Shown here: positions 9,919 through 19,470 of the stretch, piece after piece
How positions within the stretch are numbered: the stretch's first letter is position 1
Layout: each line of letters begins with the position of its first letter
Assembly (NCBI GenBank): GCA_963668675.2
Contig: CAXXMB010000002.1
Location: forward strand, 1,600,001 to 1,664,000
Reading direction: 5' to 3'
Source of the DNA: an uncultured Desulfatitalea sp.
Lineage (GTDB): Bacteria > Desulfobacterota > Desulfobacteria > Desulfobacterales > Desulfosarcinaceae
Length of the DNA stretch: 64,000 bases
Made by a program: the position numbers and the translations under genes
Notes under the pieces: model-generated
The model's input: only the letters and a program-made list of their open reading frames with translations
What the model was told of the DNA's origin: nothing
Database searches by the model: none

Positions 9919-10964
9919 ACTGAACCTCTGCGCTGTGGTACGACAAGGCGATCGGCACCGATGCGTTCAACAATGACGCCCACCGCCATATCGGCAAACA
10001 CCCGGTGCTCTTCGAGCAGCAGTTGGCCCATACCGTCATTGAGGTAGCCAATGGCCACATCGTATGCTTCCCTGTGGGTGTCGCGAAGCGCCATTTCAAG
10101 GCCCTCCGTATATTGGGAAACAGCCAACTCCGCCAGCAGATGCCTCTTCTCTTCCTCTCCCGACCACTCGACCATGGACGCAACGTAGTTGTGGCGGCTG
10201 GTTTTTACATCGCGCACCAGGTCGACCATGTCGTCCAGAATCTGGCAGCCGATGCCGATGCGATAGAGCGCGCCGGTTACCATCTCAGCCCCGACAGGCG
10301 ACGGCTGCTCGAGCACGCGGGGTACAGCCCACGGGCACTGAAACAGCAGGCCGGTCTTGTAATGGTGAACATTGGCGAGCACCGCTTCCGGTCTCAGTCG
10401 GCGGCCTTTGAAGCCGGCCTCCTCGCTGGCCTCCTGGGCGCCGCTGAGTGTCAAGGCGTGCAACGACTTTCGAACCGCTTCCCGGGCGTCGTCCAACGTG
10501 ATGCCCGGCCGAACCGCTTGCGACAACATCAGCTCGAAAAGCACCCGTTCTGATACCATGATGTCGAGAACGGATCGAAAGCGTGTGGCGGTGTCCGGCA
10601 GATCGGTCTCCAGGGTCACCTTGTACTCGTCATCCAAAAGATTGTCGCATCCGGTAACCATGCCACGCAGGCATTGGTTGACGGCGGCATAAAGAATCCG
10701 TCGTTCGGGCCGAATCCCGCACCGGAAATAGGAGTAGAGAAAAAGCGCCGAAAAGAAATTGCGCTTTAGGGAAAAGATCTCGGCCGTCGGTTCTGAAAGA
10801 TGAATGCCGCTGCCGTCCATGATATGGCCTGCGGCCTCCCAATAGCGTCGCAATCCTTCCGTCAACTCCTGTTCGAGGGCAGAGAATGGATCTTGATCCC
10901 GCCCGGCGTCGCCGGAAATGGCGGTCTTCGGTGCGGGTGTCGATTCGATGCCAGGTGCCTTCAT
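9915..10964 (-). CDS. Class I isoprenoid-synthase (polyprenyl synthetase/terpene synthase fold)-like protein
   Basis: Asp-rich motifs CDNLLDDE and GCQILDDMVD; HYKTGLLF (KT motif). Confidence 0.6.
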   Translation of the reverse strand: MKAPGIESTPAPKTAISGDAGRDQDPFSALEQELTEGLRRYWEAAGHIMDGSGIHLSEPTAEIFSLKRNFFSALFLYSYFRCGIRPERRILYAAVNQCLRGMVTGCDNLLDDEYKVTLETDLPDTATRFRSVLDIMVSERVLFELMLSQAVRPGITLDDAREAVRKSLHALTLSGAQEASEEAGFKGRRLRPEAVLANVHHYKTGLLFQCPWAVPRVLEQPSPVGAEMVTGALYRIGIGCQILDDMVDLVRDVKTSRHNYVASMVEWSGEEEKRHLLAELAVSQYTEGLEMALRDTHREAYDVAIGYLNDGMGQLLLEEHRVFADMAVGVIVERIGADRLVVPQRRGSV

Positions 10965-11614
10965 TGTTTTTCACAGTAGAACACGGCGATGTAGCCGAAG
11001 TATTCGGCCACGATTTGAGGCTCGGGAAACCCGGCTTCCGTAATCAATCCCGGTAGAACCCCCCGTGTATTTTCGGCGATCTGCGGTTGGAGAAAAAACC
11101 AGCGGGATACGTGCGACACCAACGCGCCCATCCAGGTGGTGGGGACATGCATGTCAGCAATGATCAAGCGCCCCCCCGGCTTGAGCACCCGGTAGGCCTC
11201 GGTCAAAGCGCGGGCCTTGAGATCGATTGGAACATGGTGGAAAAAAAGACTGGAGACGACCGCATCGAAGGAGTGGTCTCCAAACCCCAATGCCTCCGCG
11301 GCCATGGCTTCGAAACGGCAGCAGGCCCCTTCCCGTTTCTTCCGGGCCACCCGGATCATTTTTCCGGCGGCGTCGATCCCGACCGCCATACCGCCCGCAT
11401 CCGCATCCAGCATCTGTGCAATCCGCTCGCAGAGCACGCCGGTGCCGCAGCCCAGATCGAGCACATGTTCAGATGGTCCTGGGTTCAACAATCGCATGAT
11501 ATGACGATCATACTCGGCCTGTTTGCCAAGCAGAAAAAGGGGCTCCAAAAGATCGTACACTGAAGCGGCGTGATCCAGTGTTCTCCCTCGGGTTGGAATG
11601 GATTCTATCTTCAT
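10961..11614 (-). CDS. Class I SAM-dependent methyltransferase
   Basis: VLDLGCGTG, FDAVVSSLFFHH, RVLKPGG. Confidence 0.9.
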   Translation of the reverse strand: MKIESIPTRGRTLDHAASVYDLLEPLFLLGKQAEYDRHIMRLLNPGPSEHVLDLGCGTGVLCERIAQMLDADAGGMAVGIDAAGKMIRVARKKREGACCRFEAMAAEALGFGDHSFDAVVSSLFFHHVPIDLKARALTEAYRVLKPGGRLIIADMHVPTTWMGALVSHVSRWFFLQPQIAENTRGVLPGLITEAGFPEPQIVAEYFGYIAVFYCEKQ

Positions 11615-12135
11615 TCAGTGATCCTCAGTTGCAACCATTATGGTTGAGGGCAAACTATATATCGGATGGGCAAAGTCAACTTCAGCAGCAGGCAAGTCGA
11701 AGGGTAGCATTCGGGGCAGCGTCTCTCTCCGTGGAAATGGGCCCAGGTTCCAGGACATTTTCCGTCAACGAACAGGTGGTGCCCAACGAAGATTTCAATG
11801 TGGTAACGTCCTTTTCTTGATGGTGATACTTTAGTACAAAGCGTGCTAAATTTGCAACTCTTGCGATACCCCGGCCATCGCCCCATCCAGTGGTGCGACA
11901 AATCACCAAACGGTAATAAAACCCCTTGAATTGATTGCCAGGTATAAGATACTTTACCAGTTATGCAATCCGTATATGCTCCAATCTGTGCTGACATAAC
12001 CGCTCATCCGATATCATTCCGCCACAGAAACCACCCTCCGCGATGCTGTGCTGACCGAAGTCGCTTTGATTTTTTAAATCCGCCCCGTAGCGAACAACCA
12101 CCTTTTTTTACCATTAGCCAACAGGAGGAAAACGC

Positions 12136-13785
12136 ATGGCTTCATCAAAGCATTCCATGACCGATCAGGAAAAGGCCCGCTTCAACGTCCTCAACAGGGA
12201 AAACCTGGAATTTCTCATGGACCGGTACAACCGAGTCAATCGATGGGTAATTGCAGATATGATCCGGCGCACGGCCTATCACTTCCCCCAAAAGACGGCC
12301 CTCGTCTTTGGCGACCAGCGCCTGACTTATGAACAGCTCGAAGCGGCCGCCAACCGAACGGCCAATGCGCTTTCCGCCCTGGGGGTGGCGAAGTACGACC
12401 GTGTGGCCATCCTGGCGCACAACACCCTTCATCATGTTCTGACCTGGTTGGGGTGTTGCAAAATCGGTGCAGTCTACCTTGCCATCAACTATCTGTTGCG
12501 CGGCCCGGATGTCCGATATTGCATCAACCACTCGGAGAGCAAGGTGTTCATCATCGAAGATGCCCTCTATCCGATTGTGGAAAACGATCTGGCCGAAATG
12601 TCGACGGCGAAAACACTCATCTGGTCCGATCAAGGCAGCGGACAGCCACCGGCAGACGATCGCTTCCTGGCATTCGACAGCTGGATGGATGCGGCCCCAA
12701 GCACGGAACCCGATGTGATCCTGCACATCGAAGACCCCTGCCAGATGACTTACACCAGCGGCACCGAGTCGCTTCCCAAGGGGGTCATCATCAGCAATCA
12801 GGCACTCATGGCGCAATACATGGGGGCTGTCATCGACGGCGGCTACGAAAGCACGGACATCAATGTGAATGCCCTTCCCATCTACCATTGCGCCCAGAGG
12901 GATGTCTTTTTGAACCCCATCTTCTGGGTAGGTGGCACCAATATCCTCATGGCGCCGGACATCGGCGCGATCCTGAAAACCATCGACCAATACCGCGCCA
13001 ATATGTTCTTTGCGCCGCCGACGGTGTGGATCGGCATTCTGCGCCATCCCGATTTCGACAAATACGATCTCTCCTGCCTGACCAAGTGCTATTATGGCGC
13101 CTCGATCATGCCCGTAGAAGTGCTCAAAGAGCTCATGGAGAGACTGCCCGGCTGCAAGGTCTACAACTACTACGGACAGACCGAGCTGGCGCCCTACCAC
13201 ACCATTTTAAAGGCCGAAGACGCCATGGCAAAACTGGGCTCGGCCGGCATGGGGGGGCTGAATATGCAGACCCGCCTCGAAGATGACGATTTCGAGCCGG
13301 TCGATGAGGCCGGCATCCCCGGCGAGATCTGCGGTAAAGGGCCCCATGCCATGATCATGTACTTCAAGGACCCCGAAAAGACCGACGCCGCCATGCACGG
13401 TGGCTGGTTTCACTCCGGTGATATCGGCGTCATGGATGAAGATCGCTACATCACGGTTGTGGACCGCAAAAAAGACATGATCAAAACCGGTGGAGAGAAT
13501 GTCTCCACGCGCGAAGTGGAGGAGGCGATCTACCTGGACAAACGGGTCGAGGAGGTCGCCGTGATCGGCACCCCCCATCCCAAGTGGGTGGAGGCGGTAA
13601 CGGCAGTCGTGGTGCCGCGCAAGGGCGAAACCATCACCGAAACCGAAATCATCGAGCTGTGCAAGAAAGAGCTGGCCGGCTTTAAAGTCCCCAAGACGGT
13701 GGTGTTCGTCGAGGCGTTGCCCAAGACGCCCACCGGCAAAATCCTGAAACGGGAGATGCGAAAAACCTATGGCAAACGGAAGTAG
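12136..13785 (+). CDS. Long-chain acyl-CoA synthetase (AMP-binding)
   Basis: YTSGTESLPKG, YGQTE, GWFHSGD, DRKKDMIKTGGENV, LPKTPTGKI. Confidence 0.92.
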   Translation: MASSKHSMTDQEKARFNVLNRENLEFLMDRYNRVNRWVIADMIRRTAYHFPQKTALVFGDQRLTYEQLEAAANRTANALSALGVAKYDRVAILAHNTLHHVLTWLGCCKIGAVYLAINYLLRGPDVRYCINHSESKVFIIEDALYPIVENDLAEMSTAKTLIWSDQGSGQPPADDRFLAFDSWMDAAPSTEPDVILHIEDPCQMTYTSGTESLPKGVIISNQALMAQYMGAVIDGGYESTDINVNALPIYHCAQRDVFLNPIFWVGGTNILMAPDIGAILKTIDQYRANMFFAPPTVWIGILRHPDFDKYDLSCLTKCYYGASIMPVEVLKELMERLPGCKVYNYYGQTELAPYHTILKAEDAMAKLGSAGMGGLNMQTRLEDDDFEPVDEAGIPGEICGKGPHAMIMYFKDPEKTDAAMHGGWFHSGDIGVMDEDRYITVVDRKKDMIKTGGENVSTREVEEAIYLDKRVEEVAVIGTPHPKWVEAVTAVVVPRKGETITETEIIELCKKELAGFKVPKTVVFVEALPKTPTGKILKREMRKTYGKRK

Positions 13786-13794
13786 ATAAGAATT

Positions 13795-14385
13795 ATGAAA
13801 ATCATCGATTCGACCATCGTAAACAAAATCAAATTCGTCACCCTCTTTGCCGTCTCCTATCTCGACCGAAAAGGCAACACCCGACGCTGGCACATGGTCA
13901 GCCGTGGCGACCAGCCCAAATGCATCTCAGGAAAGATCCAGCGGCCCGATGCGGCCATCATTGTTCCCTACCATCGCAACGAAAATAAGTTGGTCGTCAT
14001 TAAAGAGTTTCGAATCCCCGTAGGGGGCTACCAATACGGTTTCCCTGCCGGTCTTCTCGACCCTGGTGAAAATCTTGCCGTCACCGCAGGCAGGGAACTT
14101 TTAGAAGAGACCGGACTGAACCTGACGAAAATCTACCGCCATAGCCCTGCCATTTTCTCTTCTGCCGGAATAACGGACGAGTCGATCTCCATGGTTTTTG
14201 CCGAAGTCGAGGGAACGCCCAGCCTGAAAAACAACCAGGATTCAGAGGAGATAGAAGTCTTCTTGCTGAGTCGGCAGCAGGTGAAAGAACTTCTGGATCG
14301 CAGCGGCACTGTTTTCGGTGCCAGGGCCTGGCTTGCCATGGATGCTTTTGTGCGGATGGGCAGTGACTATTTGATGGGAAACTGA
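13795..14385 (+). CDS. NUDIX hydrolase (ADP-ribose pyrophosphatase-like)
   Basis: Nudix box GLLDPGE...AGRELLEETG. Confidence 0.88.
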   Translation: MKIIDSTIVNKIKFVTLFAVSYLDRKGNTRRWHMVSRGDQPKCISGKIQRPDAAIIVPYHRNENKLVVIKEFRIPVGGYQYGFPAGLLDPGENLAVTAGRELLEETGLNLTKIYRHSPAIFSSAGITDESISMVFAEVEGTPSLKNNQDSEEIEVFLLSRQQVKELLDRSGTVFGARAWLAMDAFVRMGSDYLMGN

Positions 14386-14440
14386 AGCACAAAGGATTTA
14401 AGACATTCCCCCATCTCCAAAAAGCAACCGGGACAAGCCC

Positions 14441-15415
14441 ATGAGCCCCAAACAACCCGCCGCTCCTGTTTCCGGCCCCACTCCGGACAACGCTGCTTTT
14501 GGCGCTGTTGCCGGCATCGTTGCGTTCACTATTTGGGCGCTTTTCCCTATCTATTTCAACCAGTTCGGCCCTATCGTCTCCGCCTGGGAGATTCTGCTGC
14601 ATCGCATGATATGGGCAGGCGTAACGCTGTTCGCATGTGTCCTGCTTTCCAACAGGCTGGGACGGGTTGCAGCCCTGTTTCGACGGCCCGGGGTAGTGCT
14701 GGCCTTGGCCTGCAGCGCACTGGCAATAGCAGGCAACTGGGCCACCTTCATCTGGGCTGTCACCCACGCGGAGATCCTGCAGAGCAGCCTTGGCTACTAT
14801 ATCAACCCGTTGCTCTATGTTTTCCTGGGTTACTGCTTCCTCGGCGAACGGCTAACGCCGCTGCAGCGCCTGGCCGTGGCGATCGCAGGCTGTGGCGTCA
14901 TCGTCTCCCTGATCGGATATGGTGAAATCCCATGGCTGGCCCTGCTCTTGGCCGCATTCTTCAGCCTCTATGGGCTGATTCGCAAGCAGGTCGATATCGA
15001 CAGCGTCACCGGTTTGTTGATGGAGATGATGTTGTTGTTTCCAATCGCCATGGTATGGCTGCTGACCCTGCACCTGCGAGGGGAGACCGTTTTTATGCAG
15101 GCCGGCCTTCGTATCGACCTTCTGTTGATCGGTGCGGGCATCATCACCCTGCTGCCATTGCTCTTCTTCGCTGTCGCAGCCAGACGATTGAAGTTGGCCA
15201 CACTCGGACTGCTGCAATATATTGCCCCGACCGGCCACTTCCTGATCAGCGTATTCCTCTACGGGGAGGCCTTTACCGCAGCCGACGCGGTTACCTTCGG
15301 CTGCATCTGGGTCGGTTTAACCATCTATACTACCGACATGTGGCATCAACATCGCATTGCTGAGCAATTGAGACAAACAGGTATAGCTCGTCAACAACGT
15401 CCCCCTAATACTTGA
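14441..15415 (+). CDS. rarD: EamA family transporter RarD
   Basis: EILLHRMIW, SLGYYINPL, YGLIRK, GLLQYIAPT. Confidence 0.85.
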   Translation: MSPKQPAAPVSGPTPDNAAFGAVAGIVAFTIWALFPIYFNQFGPIVSAWEILLHRMIWAGVTLFACVLLSNRLGRVAALFRRPGVVLALACSALAIAGNWATFIWAVTHAEILQSSLGYYINPLLYVFLGYCFLGERLTPLQRLAVAIAGCGVIVSLIGYGEIPWLALLLAAFFSLYGLIRKQVDIDSVTGLLMEMMLLFPIAMVWLLTLHLRGETVFMQAGLRIDLLLIGAGIITLLPLLFFAVAARRLKLATLGLLQYIAPTGHFLISVFLYGEAFTAADAVTFGCIWVGLTIYTTDMWHQHRIAEQLRQTGIARQQRPPNT

Positions 15416-15496
15416 AATGGGGTGACCTTTGATGGTAAAAATCCGGCTCGATTCCATAAAAACCGTGCTGGTGACGATAATTGTCTCGGAGCAGAT

Positions 15497-17737
15497 ATGC
15501 AACCATTTGATCGACATAATGCAGAAGCAGGAAATTATCTCAATCTACTGTCCGCCCTGCCCCACTCAAATGCCGTGTTCCGGGTGGCCGATGGGTGTCT
15601 GTTGGCGGCCAACGCGCATTTCTGTAATGAACTGAAATTACCGGAAGAAGAGATCAAACAGATCGTGGGTCACTGGTTCGGCGATACGACGAAAGAGCAA
15701 AACCCCTTTCGTGTGCGCATCATCGACCAATCCATCGCCCATTTAGAATCGCCAAGCGGTATTCGAGCCATCGTTGAAGCCGATGTGCAGCCGGTTGAGC
15801 TTAGCGGGCAGAAGTGCTGGTTGGTCACTTCCGCGATGGAGACCGGACAACACACGCCGGAACAAACCGGTTTTGAGACCGGTCACTACCGTTCGCTGAT
15901 CGAAAATCTGAATGAAATCATCTACACGACCGATCGAAATGCAATGGTAAAATATGTCAGCCCGAACATCTACCGCCTGACCGGGTATGAAGCGCATGAA
16001 GTGATTGGGAAAAACTTCACTGAATTCGTCCATCCCAGCGATCTTGAGGGCCGAATCGAGATGTTCCTCAAAATTTTAGGCGGAGCGGAACAGATCACCG
16101 AATACAGGATGATTACCAAGTCGGGTGAGATTAAATGGGCCCGTACCAACGCGCGCCCCATCCTGCGCGATGGTGAGGTTGTGGGGATTCAAGGTGCGCT
16201 CGTGGATATTTCGGATCGAAAAGAGATCGAAGAGGCGCTCAGACGATCCGAGGAGAAATACCGCATCCTGGTCGAGAACTCAAAGGATGCTATCTTTGTG
16301 GTCCAGGGCGACCACCTGAAATTCATGAATCCCAGCGCGTCGGACATTTTGGGCTACACGTGCGAAAGCATTGCCGACCGACCTTTTTTGGAATTTGTTC
16401 ATGCGGATGACCGCGAGATGATCATCAATCGGAACCGCCAGCGCCTGGACGGCGAGAGCCTCTTGGACAGCATCAGCTTCCGCATCATCAACAGGCTGGG
16501 CGATATCAGGGATGTGGAGCTAAACGCGGTATTGATCACCTGGGAGGGAAACCCGGCGGTTCTCAGTTTTTTAAGGGATGTCACCCTTCAAAAAAGAATG
16601 GAGGGCCAACTGCGCAACGCCCAAAAAATGGAAGCCCTGGGAACCCTCTCCGGCGGTATCGCCCACAATTTCAACAACCTGCTTATGGGGATCAACGGCA
16701 ACGCATCGCTCTCCCTGGCCGACTTGGCCTCGTCGACCATCGCATACAAGCATCTGGAAAAAATTATCAGCCTGGTTCAAAGCGGTTCGAAGCTCACCCG
16801 CCAGCTCCTCGAGTACGCCCGCGGCGGGGCCTGCGAAATGAGCACGGTGAACATCAACCAGTTGGTCAAAGATGCATCTGAAACCCTGGGCGCCACCAAA
16901 AAGCATATTCAGATCCGATTCAATCTGTCCAATGGGGTGCCCTGCATCAAGGCGGATCAGGGGCAGATTGAACAGGTCCTGTTGAACCTGTTGCTCAACT
17001 CTGCCGACGCTATGCCCGACGGGGGGGATGTTTTCATCGAAACCGCCTGCCTTAAAGGAGCCCAGGCCGAAGGTAAGGTCACCCTCTCCAAAAACATGGA
17101 CTACGTTTTGATAAAAGTATCCGACCAAGGTACAGGCATCCCCAAACCGATCCTTGAGCGCATCTTCGAGCCCTTCTTTACCACCAAGGGGATGGGGCGG
17201 GGAACCGGACTGGGCCTCTCCACCGCTTATGGCATCGTGAAAAACCATGACGGCGACATTTGTGCCCAATCTGAAGTCAACAAGGGAACCACCTTCTTCA
17301 TCTACCTGCCGGCCCTTTCAGCAGACGACAAGAACCCGGTGGCAACCCTCGACGCACGAGAGGTTGCAGGCCACGAAACCATCCTGTTGGTCGACGACGA
17401 ACCCACCGTGCTCGACCCCAGTGCAACACTGCTCGAACATCTGGGATTTACGGTATTCAAAGCCCTCAACGGGTCGGAGGCCATGGAGATATTTCAAAAG
17501 GATTGGGAGCGGATCGACCTGGTGATAATGGACTTGATCCTGCCCAGCATGAGCGGCAAGGATCTCTATTACAAGCTCAAGGAGATAAATCCCCAGGTCA
17601 AGGTGTTGATCTCCAGCGGATTCAGCCAGGACGGCCAGGCCGAGGAGCTGATCGCGGCCGGCTGCCTGGGCTTCATCCAGAAGCCATACAATATCACCGA
17701 GCTGTCAACGACCATGATGGAGATCCTATCCCCATAG
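15497..17737 (+). CDS. PAS-domain hybrid sensor histidine kinase with receiver domain
   Basis: PAS domains, H-box [20 protein letters not shown], receiver ILLVDDE...MDLILP...IQKP; start at ATG 15497 after GGAG (frame extends to 15422). Confidence 0.9.
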   Translation: MQPFDRHNAEAGNYLNLLSALPHSNAVFRVADGCLLAANAHFCNELKLPEEEIKQIVGHWFGDTTKEQNPFRVRIIDQSIAHLESPSGIRAIVEADVQPVELSGQKCWLVTSAMETGQHTPEQTGFETGHYRSLIENLNEIIYTTDRNAMVKYVSPNIYRLTGYEAHEVIGKNFTEFVHPSDLEGRIEMFLKILGGAEQITEYRMITKSGEIKWARTNARPILRDGEVVGIQGALVDISDRKEIEEALRRSEEKYRILVENSKDAIFVVQGDHLKFMNPSASDILGYTCESIADRPFLEFVHADDREMIINRNRQRLDGESLLDSISFRIINRLGDIRDVELNAVLITWEGNPAVLSFLRDVTLQKRMEGQLRNAQKMEALGTLSGGIAHNFNNLLMGINGNASLSLADLASSTIAYKHLEKIISLVQSGSKLTRQLLEYARGGACEMSTVNINQLVKDASETLGATKKHIQIRFNLSNGVPCIKADQGQIEQVLLNLLLNSADAMPDGGDVFIETACLKGAQAEGKVTLSKNMDYVLIKVSDQGTGIPKPILERIFEPFFTTKGMGRGTGLGLSTAYGIVKNHDGDICAQSEVNKGTTFFIYLPALSADDKNPVATLDAREVAGHETILLVDDEPTVLDPSATLLEHLGFTVFKALNGSEAMEIFQKDWERIDLVIMDLILPSMSGKDLYYKLKEINPQVKVLISSGFSQDGQAEELIAAGCLGFIQKPYNITELSTTMMEILSP

Positions 17738-17863
17738 CCCCTCCCCAAACCGTCGCAAACCGATGGACAGGTGACAATCTAAACTTGTTTTCGGGCCTTG
17801 GTTGGATTAAAGCCAAGCCTGACCGATAGATACCATACCTTCAAAAAAGGGGGACCATAGAAG

Positions 17864-18235
17864 ATGGCCGTTATCACAAGATTCATCGTTGTCCGAAATG
17901 GGATTGAACTCGACAAGGTGTTTGACGAAAAAAAGCTGGCCGAAGCGTATGATAAGATGCTCGATGCGGCAGAGAATCTGGCGGCCTTCATCAAACAGGG
18001 CGACCATAAGATCGATCTCGACCCTAAAACGGTCGATGATATCGCCATCTACCTGGCCAAAAACGCCCCTGAAGTGACGACGATTCTGAAAGGCATAAAA
18101 CCGATAACACCAGCGGCACCGAAAGCCGATCCATCCGAAAATCCCACCGATACGACAGCTCCCGCAGATACGACACCCATAGACAATAGAAAGGCCCCTG
18201 GCAAAAAAACCGGATCCAAGAAAAAAGAAAAATAG
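17864..18235 (+). CDS. YebG family protein with low-complexity C-terminal tail
   Basis: MAV..FIVVRNG.E...F..KK.AEAYDKMLD matches the YebG pattern. Confidence 0.75.
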   Translation: MAVITRFIVVRNGIELDKVFDEKKLAEAYDKMLDAAENLAAFIKQGDHKIDLDPKTVDDIAIYLAKNAPEVTTILKGIKPITPAAPKADPSENPTDTTAPADTTPIDNRKAPGKKTGSKKKEK

Positions 18236-18244
18236 CCAGGATTA

Positions 18245-18439
18245 ATGCCAACGATCTCCAAAAAAGAAGCCGACGCATACGATAGAGTGCTCGATGCGGC
18301 CGCCGATCTCACAGATCTTATCGAGGAGGGAAAGATCGAGATGGACGAGTCCGTCCTTGAAGAGCTGACCATATTTCTTGCCAGCAATGCCCATGAGATA
18401 AAAACGATTTTAAAAAATTTGAAGTACCGCTGGCCATGA
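18245..18439 (+). CDS. Short YebG-like paralog lacking the N-terminal beta segment
   Basis: SKKEADAYDRVLD...LTIFLA...ILK. Confidence 0.65.
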   Translation: MPTISKKEADAYDRVLDAAADLTDLIEEGKIEMDESVLEELTIFLASNAHEIKTILKNLKYRWP

Positions 18440-18494
18440 ACGGTCCGCTGGCTGGCCGCACCTGCCATGCGCCCCTGTAGGCCCCAATCAAAAT

Positions 18495-18540
18495 AAAACA
18501 GTGTTTTCTATATTGACAAATAATAAAACATTGTTTTAAT
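18495..18540 (+). promoter_or_regulatory. Promoter flanked by two palindromic operators AAAACA-N-TGTTTT
   Basis: Copies at 18495-18507 and 18525-18537, either side of TTGACA (18513-18518). Confidence 0.7.
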
Positions 18541-18591
18541 CTAATGTGTCTCCATCTTCCGCTCTAATCAACAGTTTCAATCGGGTGACAT

Positions 18592-19461
18592 ATGAACATA
18601 GGATCCCACCATGTCGGTACACCCTTAAAGACCTTCCATACAACCGTTTTTCAACGCGACACGATGAACTTCGCCGCTGCCATCGCAGACGCCAACCCGA
18701 TCTACTTCAATGACGAAAGAGACGGAGGGCTTGTCGCTCATCCCATGCACAGCGTTGCTGCCACCTGGCCTCTTCTGGAAAAGATCGACACCTATATCGA
18801 TTGGGAGGACTTTCCCCGCGACATATTGGCAACACAGGTCCACTACAGCGAGCATTTGATATTGCATCGATTGATGGTTCCCGGGGATCGATTGAAGATA
18901 GAGGGAAAGATCGCAGCAATCATCCCCCATCGGGCCGGCACCCACATGATCACATGCCTGTCGGCGTATGACGCCCACGGCGAGCCGGTTTTCACGGAAT
19001 ATGTCGGCGCACTGATGCGCGGCGTCACCTGCACCGACCAGGGCCGGGGAGCAGACACCCTGCCGGACGTGCCGACGGTAAAGGCCGGCCCCCCTTTCTC
19101 ATGGGAGCGACCCATTCCGATAGACCCTTTGCTGAGCTACGTTTACGATGGCTGCACCCGAATCCATTTTCCCATTCACACCTCCCGACAGTTTGCCCGT
19201 CAGGTCGGTCTGCCGGATATCATTCTCCAGGGGACGGCCACGCTTGCGCTTGCCGTTAAAGAGATCGCAAACCGTGAAGCGGCCGCCGCCCCGCAGCGGA
19301 TCAGCGCCATCTCCTGCCGGTTTACGGGAATGGTGAGGCCGGGTGAAACGATCATTCTGCAGGTGAATGGCCGCGACCGCAGCGGCAATGTTCTCTTTCA
19401 AGTGATGAACAGCCAAGGCCGGTTGGCCATCAGTAAAGGCCATATCCAACTTGAAGTATAG
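18592..19461 (+). CDS. Double hot-dog MaoC-like (R)-enoyl-CoA hydratase/dehydratase
   Basis: DANPIY in the N-terminal domain; PIHTS..FA..VGLPDIILQG and RFTGMVRPG in the C-terminal domain. Confidence 0.8.
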   Translation: MNIGSHHVGTPLKTFHTTVFQRDTMNFAAAIADANPIYFNDERDGGLVAHPMHSVAATWPLLEKIDTYIDWEDFPRDILATQVHYSEHLILHRLMVPGDRLKIEGKIAAIIPHRAGTHMITCLSAYDAHGEPVFTEYVGALMRGVTCTDQGRGADTLPDVPTVKAGPPFSWERPIPIDPLLSYVYDGCTRIHFPIHTSRQFARQVGLPDIILQGTATLALAVKEIANREAAAAPQRISAISCRFTGMVRPGETIILQVNGRDRSGNVLFQVMNSQGRLAISKGHIQLEV

Positions 19462-19470
19462 GAGGGTCCC

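Noticed and set aside
12145..13200. Long antisense or shadow ORFs (also 46120-48489, 57749-58708, 61220-62362)
   Set aside because: They lie opposite well-supported genes and are expected from GC3 bias; no recognisable motifs
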